The notes under the pieces: generated by a model
What the model saw: only the letters and a program-made list of their open reading frames with translations
Told to the model about the DNA's origin: nothing
Database searches by the model: none
Shown here: positions 9,396 through 17,123 of the stretch, one piece after another
Layout of the letters: every line of letters starts with the position of its first letter
Numbering within the stretch: the first letter of the stretch is position 1
Made by a program: the position numbers and the translations under genes
Source of the DNA: an uncultured bacterium
GTDB taxonomy: Bacteria; Joyebacterota; Joyebacteria; Joyebacterales; Joyebacteraceae
Assembly: GCA_964521425.1 (NCBI GenBank)
Contig: CAZFRO010000005.1
Coordinates: 3,141-67,140 of the forward strand
Length of the DNA: 64,000 bases
Reading direction: 5' to 3'

Positions 9396-11693
9396 CTATC
9401 TGCTGAGCAGGAGCATCTTCTTCGTCTCGCTTACGGCAGCGGCCTCAAGACGATAGAAGTAGACGCCGGCCGCGAGTTCGGCGCCCGAAGGACCGCATCC
9501 GTCCCACGTGGCCACGTTCAACCCTGCGACGCACGCATCGTCCAGTATCGTACGGACCTTCCGGCCACTGACATTGAAGATGTCAATGCGCGCGTGGCCC
9601 TCCTCAGGCATAGAGAATGTAATCGTGCTCGAGACCCTGAACGGATTCGGGTAGTTCTGGTTGAGTGCGAACACGTATGTCGTGTCACCCGAGGACGTGC
9701 CCTCTCCCACCGTCACGCTCTCAATGTGCGGAGTGCAGTTGAATTCCGTCAGAGTCAGCGTTACGACACCGCTGTCGGGCAGACTCCCGACGATCTCTAT
9801 CACTGCCTCTCCGAATGCATCGGCGATCGCGCATCCCAGAAAAGACCCACTGTCACTCAGAGCCGCCCTGACTGAGGGCTCCGTGAACACGGTGAAGGAG
9901 GTCGACCCCTCTTCGATGTGCCCATCGTGGCTCGCCGCCAGTGCCGTGGGAGTGTTGCTTCGAACCGTAAGCGCCGGATCGCCGAAGATGTGCCAGTGGT
10001 TGAACTCGTCCGCGCCGTCGTGCCCGTACTCGTCCATCATCTTGCTCGAGCCGTTGAAGCAGAGCCCCCCGAGAGTCTGCATCTCTTCAGATACGAGCAG
10101 GTGCGCTATCTCGAGCTGTGCGCTGATCGGCGGCACCCAGCTCATGCTGATCGTTGATGCGTAGACCCCGACCCCACCGGTAGGTTCGTCCCCGTTCGTC
10201 GCCCGTTGCCAGACCTCAGCGAAACAGGTCTTGTCCGTGTACTGACCGGTCACGCAGGCCGTGCTTATGACCCACGGCAGCATGTTGTCATTCACGAGCC
10301 CGTTGACATCACCATTGATGTAGGTCCCAGTGCTCCACCCCATCGTGTTGCCGTGGCCTAAGTAGTTGACGAGACTCCTCCCCTCGTTCAGCGCGGCGCT
10401 GATCTCAGCAGAGGTCACTCCGGGATCGTAGAACTGATCGACATAGGTGTAGGTGTATCCGAGAAGCGTCTCGCGGATGGCCTCGATGAACTCGTAGTCT
10501 GGTGATCCACTGCCGCCATCCTGATCCGAGGCGATCCCTGTTGCCTTGTGATACCAGTCGGCGCCCGGCTCGGGATCGCGCTCATACTCTATCGTCCTCT
10601 CCACCTGTGTCGCGACCTGATCGAGCGTCTCTGCGGAGAAGCGACCGACGAAGATCTCCGGGTAGTTGTCGCTTCCAGCCAGAAGGGAATACACCGGGTC
10701 GGCTGACTGGGTTCCATCAACGGGATACGGCATCTGCTCATCGTCGCCGACGAGAAGCACGTACGCGATGCCGTCGGTGTCGTAGGCGTTCTGGATGTAG
10801 CTCTTGATGTCGTCGGCCGTTGAGCCGACCGTCGAGAGGCCCACGAGCGTCGTCGGCACGCCGATCTGGTTCCGCCAATCGGCCAGTGGGCGCGTGGTCT
10901 CGATGAAGGCATCGTTCGCGATGATCAGCATCGGCCCGCTCTCGGCCAGCGGCGTGTACCTGCCGGCAATCGAGCGGTAGTTCAGATAGCGGCTCCCATA
11001 GAGCCGTTCGAACTCCGCCACGCGTGCGCCGGGACGCTTCTTCAGAACATTCACACTACCCGTACCCTCGACAGATACCTCAACCGTGATCGAGGTGTAG
11101 ACTCGGAGGGTGTGCGTCCGGGCGTTGTACTGGAACGGGTTCAGCTCAAGGACGACGCCGCGCGTGTCCCGCATGATGAACGGATCACCAAGTCCGGCGA
11201 TCTCCGCAGGAAACCACGCATCCTGCTCGTAGACGGTCCCGAACGTGTACGGGACCGAGTCCGGATCGACGTTCCTCTTGATCGCTCCTTTGGAGGGAAC
11301 GACATCTATGCGGTCGAAGTCGCGGAAGGTGGCATCGATGACCCGGATGCCCATCTGCGCGTCGTCGGGAATGACGATCGACTGTCTCACGATCGGGAGT
11401 TCCGGAAGTCCCTGCTCGAGCAGTCGGGCGGCGCCGTTCAAGGCCACCGAGAAGAGAAGCCTCCCGTCGATGTCGACAGGCTCAGTCGTGAAGCTCCCGA
11501 CATCGAGTCGCAGGGTTGTGCTCTCGAGGTTCGATGCGAGAAGCGTGAGTTCGGTGGGCGCGGCGCCTGGGGCAAGCTCGATACGCTCGGCAGCCGTGCT
11601 CGTGGCTGCGAGGGTGACGGGTATGAGCAGGATGGCAATGAGTGGTCTCAAAGATTCCTCCTTGCGGCCATTATAGCACGAAGCCGGTGTCAT
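9396..11693 (-). CDS. Gingipain-like cysteine peptidase (family C25) with T9SS C-terminal domain
   Basis: Signal peptide after an internal start (MTPASCYNGRKEESLRPLIAILLIPVTLAA...). Catalytic-region motifs GHGNTMGW and STACVTGQY resemble the C25 His/Cys dyad. C-terminal sorting domain (NQNYPNPFRVSSTITFSM...IDIFNVSGRKV...GVYFYRL...KKMLLLSR). The start is trimmed so it does not overlap the upstream gene. Confidence 0.55.
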   Translation of the reverse strand: MTPASCYNGRKEESLRPLIAILLIPVTLAATSTAAERIELAPGAAPTELTLLASNLESTTLRLDVGSFTTEPVDIDGRLLFSVALNGAARLLEQGLPELPIVRQSIVIPDDAQMGIRVIDATFRDFDRIDVVPSKGAIKRNVDPDSVPYTFGTVYEQDAWFPAEIAGLGDPFIMRDTRGVVLELNPFQYNARTHTLRVYTSITVEVSVEGTGSVNVLKKRPGARVAEFERLYGSRYLNYRSIAGRYTPLAESGPMLIIANDAFIETTRPLADWRNQIGVPTTLVGLSTVGSTADDIKSYIQNAYDTDGIAYVLLVGDDEQMPYPVDGTQSADPVYSLLAGSDNYPEIFVGRFSAETLDQVATQVERTIEYERDPEPGADWYHKATGIASDQDGGSGSPDYEFIEAIRETLLGYTYTYVDQFYDPGVTSAEISAALNEGRSLVNYLGHGNTMGWSTGTYINGDVNGLVNDNMLPWVISTACVTGQYTDKTCFAEVWQRATNGDEPTGGVGVYASTISMSWVPPISAQLEIAHLLVSEEMQTLGGLCFNGSSKMMDEYGHDGADEFNHWHIFGDPALTVRSNTPTALAASHDGHIEEGSTSFTVFTEPSVRAALSDSGSFLGCAIADAFGEAVIEIVGSLPDSGVVTLTLTEFNCTPHIESVTVGEGTSSGDTTYVFALNQNYPNPFRVSSTITFSMPEEGHARIDIFNVSGRKVRTILDDACVAGLNVATWDGCGPSGAELAAGVYFYRLEAAAVSETKKMLLLSR

Positions 11694-11716
11694 CCGAAGA
11701 CCGCAGAAAGGAGCCG

Positions 11717-13030
11717 CTACTTCATCCGCAGCGACGTGAGGAACTCGACATGGTCCGAGTAGGGTCCGTTCATCCAGAGAAGACCCGGTCCATCGGGCCC
11801 ATGGTTCTCGGGCACGACAGGCTGGACGTTGTTCCAGCGCGAGTTCGAGGTGATCGCATCGACGTTCCACGTCTCGCCACGATCGGGCGTTACCCAGCGC
11901 TCTATCTCAAAGATGCCGTCGATCTCACGCGACAGATAGACGATCGATGGATCGCTGTGATCGAGGGCGATGCCCCCTGACAGATGTACATCCATGTTGC
12001 GACTGCCCGGGCGACCGGAGGCGAACCAGCCGCCTGCGTGCGTTAGTTCGCGGTTCTCCCACGCCACCCCATTCCACCGGGCGTACCAGTAGACATGATC
12101 CTCATCCGAAGGGAATGTCGCATAGACGATGACCGGATTCCCATCTGCGCCGTCCGCCACGTCCCATACACGCGCGGGCACACCGGTGGTTGATGCGTCG
12201 TAGACACGATCACAGGCACTCGGAGCGAACGGCAGCGCATCCATGTCTGCGATATCGGTTCCATCGGCCCGAACGACGCTTCCGGACTCGTACCGCGCGT
12301 AGTAAATGCCTCCACCTCCAGGATCGTCGGCAAGTCCGGACGTCATCGCGAAGTGGATCCTGCTCACGCCGTCCGATGTCACCTTGACGTGGGGATGCGC
12401 TCCCTCCTCGTGGATGAAGCGAGCAGGCTCCGTCCATTTCACCCTGTCATCCGAGACTCTGAAATACGTCGCGAACCCGACTCCCCTCCAGAAGACGTAG
12501 AGTCTGTCGCCCTCATCCGAAAGCTGCACGGGTGCTGCATAGCTGTAGCCGAGGCTACCGCCTGCATGTGGCCCGACATCCGACTCGGCCCCCCAGACAC
12601 TGATATCCTCGCGCCTCGAGGCGGTCCTGTACAGAAGCCACCTTCCGCGGAAGCCGGACATGAAGATGGCGAGCCTGTCGTCGGAGCGCATCAGAAGCGC
12701 GGGGACAGCGCGATCGTCTGCCTGATACTCTGCGCGCAGCGTCTTCTTCACCCTCTCCCCGGTGTCGTGATCGAAGGACAGAACCCTCAGGTCACCGATC
12801 GAGTTGACCCACGTGACGTAGGTCCGCCTGTGTTCGCCCTCGTGATAGAGGGCCGTCGGGCCGCCGAACCCGGACCATGCGCCATCGGGAGTCACCGTGA
12901 AGCCCGCCTCGCCGGGAAGCCCCAGATCGCGATCCAGCCCCACACCCTCATGTTTAGATTGCGACGCGCAGCCTGCCAGGAGCGCCACGGCGCACACGGC
13001 CATCACGGCCACTAACCCCCGTCTCATCAT
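11717..13030 (-). CDS. BNR/Asp-box repeat lipoprotein (sialidase-like propeller fold), function unknown
   Basis: Lipoprotein signal MMRRGLVAVMAVCAVALLAGC. Asp-box-like motifs (RVSDDRVKWTEP, TPDRGETWNV). Its start ATG overlaps the stop of the upstream ASST-like gene (ATGA), which suggests translational coupling. Confidence 0.55.
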   Translation of the reverse strand: MMRRGLVAVMAVCAVALLAGCASQSKHEGVGLDRDLGLPGEAGFTVTPDGAWSGFGGPTALYHEGEHRRTYVTWVNSIGDLRVLSFDHDTGERVKKTLRAEYQADDRAVPALLMRSDDRLAIFMSGFRGRWLLYRTASRREDISVWGAESDVGPHAGGSLGYSYAAPVQLSDEGDRLYVFWRGVGFATYFRVSDDRVKWTEPARFIHEEGAHPHVKVTSDGVSRIHFAMTSGLADDPGGGGIYYARYESGSVVRADGTDIADMDALPFAPSACDRVYDASTTGVPARVWDVADGADGNPVIVYATFPSDEDHVYWYARWNGVAWENRELTHAGGWFASGRPGSRNMDVHLSGGIALDHSDPSIVYLSREIDGIFEIERWVTPDRGETWNVDAITSNSRWNNVQPVVPENHGPDGPGLLWMNGPYSDHVEFLTSLRMK

Positions 13031-14391
13031 CGCCTCTTCCCGAGCCACGTCTCGACATAGTCCGGCTCGACCCGGACCATCTCGAAGATGCTCGATATGA
13101 ACTCGCTCTTGTCTCCGACCTGCGCCGTGTTGATGTACTTCCACACTATCGTCATCTCCGGCGACAGCTCGAACGCCTTCCCCCGATCGGACTCCGTAAT
13201 GAGGATGTTGCCGTTCGGCAGATACTGGTTGGAACCGCACTCGCGCGAGAAGAAGTCATTGGGCTCCTCCCCCTTGTAGATCCACGATGTCTCGAGCGAG
13301 CCCGGATCGAACGCTATCACCCGTGAGAACCCATGGTAGCCGCGATTGTCGAACAACATCATGTTCCCGTCCGGGAGGATCGTCGGCTGATGCTGCGCCT
13401 CCCACGTTCCCTTGAGTGCCCAGACGACGCGCTCCGTCCCCATGTCCACGACGGCCAGGAGACCGAGCTCCCTCAGACTGATGAGGGCGTTTCCCTCATT
13501 GAACCCCGGGACGCGCCCCTCGAGCGTGGCGTCCAGGATCTCGATCGTGTTCGTATGGAAGATATCACCCCGGTCGGCCATCCCCGCGATCGCCTCGGCG
13601 TAGGGTGAGTTCTCAAACGCCTCAAGCACCGAGAAGCTGTGAATCTCATTCCCTTCGGAGTCCAGGAGCGTAATGAAGTCCTCGAGTATGGGGTGCTCTT
13701 CGCTGATCCTCGGGATCATGTGGGCTTTGCGTGTCAGCGTGTAGATGCGGCCGTCGTCCATCACCTCAAGATCGTGGTGCGCAGCATTGAAGTTCGCCCA
13801 GAGGATCTTCGAACGATGGTCGACCTTGATGATCCCGACGCCCTCGAAGATGGCAATCACGTCCCCGTTCGGAAAGAGATGCGCCCGTCGCCAGTAGCCG
13901 ACCGACTTGTTGTTCTTCGGAAGCGCATCCCCCGGGAAGCGATCCCAGGCGTCGATGAACCTGCACTCCCACTTGTGGATCTTGGTCCCACGCATGTCCA
14001 TGAGAAGGGCGCCCGGAAGATGCCCGGCCGTGTAGAAGTTGTAGCCGTCCAGAGCCAGCTTCCTGTCGTAGACGGTGACGCCGTCATTCGAGGGTGGCGC
14101 AGTGGAGCCCGTCAGGTAGCCGGTCGAGAGCAGCCGTTCGATCTCGCGGTGCTGCTCTTCGGTGACGCCCGTCTCCTCATCGAGAGAGAGTTCCCGCCAG
14201 CCGCCCTCGTGCCAGCGGCCGCCCGGATCTCCCCAGTACTTCTCTTCCTCAGCCGTGCGTGCCTCGGCCTTGCGCGCGGGCGGTTCATCACCGCCTCCGC
14301 ACCCTGTGCACGCACCTAGCGCCAAAGCAAGAAGCACCGCCAGAACCGCGGTCGTACCGATCCATCTTGGGGCACAGGCTGTGATCGTCAT
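13027..14391 (-). CDS. Arylsulfotransferase (ASST)-family beta-propeller lipoprotein
   Basis: Lipoprotein signal (…LALALGAC). Motifs typical of the ASST/Arylsulfotran_2 family: HHDLEVMDDGRIYTL, IFHTNTIEILD, GNALISLRELG, QHQPTILPDGNMMLFDNRG, NQYLPNGNILITESD. Confidence 0.6.
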   Translation of the reverse strand: MTITACAPRWIGTTAVLAVLLALALGACTGCGGGDEPPARKAEARTAEEEKYWGDPGGRWHEGGWRELSLDEETGVTEEQHREIERLLSTGYLTGSTAPPSNDGVTVYDRKLALDGYNFYTAGHLPGALLMDMRGTKIHKWECRFIDAWDRFPGDALPKNNKSVGYWRRAHLFPNGDVIAIFEGVGIIKVDHRSKILWANFNAAHHDLEVMDDGRIYTLTRKAHMIPRISEEHPILEDFITLLDSEGNEIHSFSVLEAFENSPYAEAIAGMADRGDIFHTNTIEILDATLEGRVPGFNEGNALISLRELGLLAVVDMGTERVVWALKGTWEAQHQPTILPDGNMMLFDNRGYHGFSRVIAFDPGSLETSWIYKGEEPNDFFSRECGSNQYLPNGNILITESDRGKAFELSPEMTIVWKYINTAQVGDKSEFISSIFEMVRVEPDYVETWLGKRR

Positions 14392-14433
14392 CGTCCTCTC
14401 AAGCTCAGAAGGTCCGCCGGCAACGCCGTAGGA

Positions 14434-16119
14434 TCAGTAGAAGAGCTTCATCCTCGGCCATGCGACATCGAGCGGCATCTTCATGTCGCGCCAGATGAAC
14501 ACCGGCTGGTTTGTCTCGTACCAGACGACGTAGTCGTGCGTGATCGTGGTCGCCAGTGCGACAGTCCCGAATGCGCTCTGGAGGGCCTGGGGTCTTACGC
14601 CGATCGTGATCAGAACCTCACCCGTGTAGTCGCGCGGTCCCCAGTACCAGTAGTTGTTGTGCGTGCAGATTGCCTTCGGAATCCCGTACTTGGGGCCGAA
14701 GAAATCGATCGCTGCCGACTGCCCGTAGTTGTTGCCGGAGATGGCCGCAACCGAACGCATCTCCTCGGGAAGCGAATGGTAGATGCGCGCGACCTCCTGG
14801 ACCATCTCCTCCCACCCGAACATGTCCTGAAACGCCGGGAGCATCTCGGATTCCCCAGGCATGAGGTGCTTCATCGTCGGGTCCACGACCCTTCGGTATT
14901 CGATGAGCCGCTCGGGTGACAGAATCGGAAGTGAGAGTGGAGCGAGTAGCGCAGCTCCGACGACGAGCAGGGCCATGGCCGTGGCAGGAGCCCACCTGAG
15001 CTTCCTCGACTTGAAGAAACGCTCCACCTCTACTGCGCCGAGCGCAAGAAGAGGAGGATAGAACGGAATCAGGTAGTACTCCTTCGCTCTTGAGAGCACG
15101 AAGTAGACGTAGAGCAGTGCGAACGCCCACCCGATCGATCGCATCTTCTTGCCGCCCTTCGAGAGAAGAGCGAACCAGAGTCCCACGATCCAGACGGGCA
15201 GGAGAAGTGGATTGAGACCGAAGAGCTGCCCCAGGAAGAATATGCCCGGTGACACAGCGGACATCCTGTTGAGCTCCGCCTTCTGCAGGAACTCGATCGT
15301 GGGCCACCCGTGGGCGATCTCCCAGATCACGTTCGGTAGAAAGATGACAGCCGCGATGCCCGCCGCGTACCACGGCCAGCGAGAGGTCAAGCGGCGGCGT
15401 TCATCCGTAAGGAGAAGCCCGGCGAAGAGCGAGCCTGCGAGGAAAGCCATCGTGTGCTTGTTGAGAAGGCCTATTCCTACGGCCACGCCGAGCCATATCC
15501 AGAGCCGGCGGTTGTCGCTCTTGAGTATCGAGACGAAGAGGTAGAGCGTGACCGCCCACAACAGCTGGTCGAACACGTTTGTTGTCAGAAGTGTGCCGTA
15601 GAAGAGGTAGGTCCCGCCGACGAGAACTGCCACCGCCGTGAGAGCCTGCGCGAAGAGCCTGCCGCTCAGGACCTTCGCCGTCTTGCCTGCGATGAATACT
15701 GTGAGCGCTCCGGCGATGGCCGGGATCAGCCTCAGGGCGGCCAGAGAGCTTCCCAGAGTTGCCGTGATGATGCGCGCCAGAAACGGCGTCAATGGAGGAT
15801 GATCGATGTAGCCCCACGCGAGATGGTCACCGCAGGCGATGTAGTAGAGCTCATCCCTGTGGTATCCGTATCCCCCGTTTGTCAGCAGATGTATGGCGAG
15901 CTTGACGAGGGCGATGTAGATGAGAATCGCCGTCCCGCTTGTGAGCCTGTCGCGAAGAGTCGTCTGTTCCGCCACTACTCGCTCCGTGTGTCGCTGGCCA
16001 CGACCCGCTTCCCGGGCCATCCCCTCGATGCTGCGCGCCCACAGACCCGCTCGGGTGTGAACGCGAGGCTCCATCATATCGGAGCAGGCTCCCGACGGCA
16101 ATACGCGCTTTATTGACAC
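14434..16119 (-). CDS. Glycosyltransferase family 39/83 (ArnT/PMT-like) integral membrane protein
   Basis: Multiple TM helices. Diagnostic N-terminal loop motif GYGYHRDELYYIACGDHLAWGYIDHPPLTPFLARI (PMT_2/ArnT family). The true start is probably downstream of 16119 (for example the ATG near 16020). Confidence 0.7.
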   Translation of the reverse strand: MSIKRVLPSGACSDMMEPRVHTRAGLWARSIEGMAREAGRGQRHTERVVAEQTTLRDRLTSGTAILIYIALVKLAIHLLTNGGYGYHRDELYYIACGDHLAWGYIDHPPLTPFLARIITATLGSSLAALRLIPAIAGALTVFIAGKTAKVLSGRLFAQALTAVAVLVGGTYLFYGTLLTTNVFDQLLWAVTLYLFVSILKSDNRRLWIWLGVAVGIGLLNKHTMAFLAGSLFAGLLLTDERRRLTSRWPWYAAGIAAVIFLPNVIWEIAHGWPTIEFLQKAELNRMSAVSPGIFFLGQLFGLNPLLLPVWIVGLWFALLSKGGKKMRSIGWAFALLYVYFVLSRAKEYYLIPFYPPLLALGAVEVERFFKSRKLRWAPATAMALLVVGAALLAPLSLPILSPERLIEYRRVVDPTMKHLMPGESEMLPAFQDMFGWEEMVQEVARIYHSLPEEMRSVAAISGNNYGQSAAIDFFGPKYGIPKAICTHNNYWYWGPRDYTGEVLITIGVRPQALQSAFGTVALATTITHDYVVWYETNQPVFIWRDMKMPLDVAWPRMKLFY

Positions 16120-16326
16120 GCACCGACGTATCTACAGGGGCGGGTCACCTCCAGATGCCCTGAGATTGGTGCTGCAAGACAACGGAAAAGGTGTATAGTG
16201 GAGATGTAGGGTAGCGCAATTGATCAACCGAGAAGGAGGCTGACATGGTCTAGTAGCCGGAGGGAATCCCGGACGACCCCCCGAGAAGAACAGCGCTTGA
16301 TCAACATCGACAAGGGGGTTAGCACC

Positions 16327-16950
16327 ATGTCAACCAACGTCATGACTGCTGAACGGCAGTTCGAAGCAGGCCATCCTCGCCGCCTGCGGTGGGCCTTCCT
16401 GGGCGCCACAGGCATCCACTTGATACTCTTCCTCATCCTCCCCCATCCTGGCTTCCAGCCCTACCAGCTGGCTGAGCAGACCATAACGCGGCTGGCGGAT
16501 GCACCACCATCGATCGTCATCCCTCCGCCACCCAAGGAGATTCCCAAGCAGGATGTTGTCACTGCCATAGCACCGAGCGACGCCCCCGGAGCGGAAGAGA
16601 CCATGCCCGCCACCGCTTTGGATCCCGCCGCTCCCCCCATCGCGTCGGTCTCCAACAGCCACCGCGGTTTCTTCGACGCCTTTGACCAAGCACCCGTGGT
16701 GGTCAAGCAGGTCTACCCAGTCTATCCGGAAATGGCCCGGCAGGCGGAGTTGGAAGGCGTAGTTCTGCTCAAGGTGGCAATCGACGAGTTCGGTCAGGTT
16801 AAGAAGGTGCTGGTCCTTCAGTCGGTGGACGGTCTGGATGAAGCCGCTCTAGATGCCATCTACCAGTGGGAGTTCAAGCCGGCCGAACAGCGCGGTGTGC
16901 CCGTACCAGTCTGGTTTGCTGTTCCGATCAGGTTCAGTCTGCGCGGCTGA
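16327..16950 (+). CDS. tonB: TonB-family energy transducer (TM anchor, Pro-rich linker, TonB C-terminal domain)
   Basis: TM segment (LRWAFLGATGIHLILFLILP). Pro-rich stretch (PPSIVIPPPPKEIPKQ). C-terminal domain (VYPVYPEMARQAELEGVVLLKVAIDEFGQVKKVLVLQSVDGLDEAALDAIYQWEFKPAEQRGVPV). SD AAGGGGG upstream of the ATG at 16327. Confidence 0.75.
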   Translation: MSTNVMTAERQFEAGHPRRLRWAFLGATGIHLILFLILPHPGFQPYQLAEQTITRLADAPPSIVIPPPPKEIPKQDVVTAIAPSDAPGAEETMPATALDPAAPPIASVSNSHRGFFDAFDQAPVVVKQVYPVYPEMARQAELEGVVLLKVAIDEFGQVKKVLVLQSVDGLDEAALDAIYQWEFKPAEQRGVPVPVWFAVPIRFSLRG

Positions 16951-17050
16951 AGTTCGGCAGTTGAACTCACCCGTCTCGGGGTCGAGCCGAACATCCCCGC
17001 TTTGAGGAGTGCCTGAACATACGCGCTTGGTAGGAGATGTCCTCCTCTCC

Positions 17051-17123
17051 ACGACAGAAAGGCACCCGCGCCAACGGCGCGGGTGCCCAAACACAGAACC
17101 AGCTCGACACCGACCGTTCCATA
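17051..17123 (-). repeat. Conserved 3' element, copy 2 (box plus terminator hairpin 17061-17087)
   Basis: On the gene-sense strand it reads TGATATGGAACGGTCGGTGTCGAGC...TTTGGGCACCCGCGCCGTTGGCGCGGGTGCCTTTCTGT, about 90% identical to copy 1. Confidence 0.6.

Noticed and set aside
9384-9400. Palindrome GATAGCG-CTG-CGCTATC between convergent ompA-like and C25 genes, as a terminator
   Set aside because: The stem is only 7 bp, it overlaps the C25 stop codon and there is no clear U-tract. Too weak to annotate.
16218-16262. Strong SD (GAGAAGGAGG) + ATG in the GT39/tonB intergenic region
   Set aside because: The ATG is followed two codons later by a stop (M-V-*). Not a gene. The real tonB start at 16327 has its own SD.
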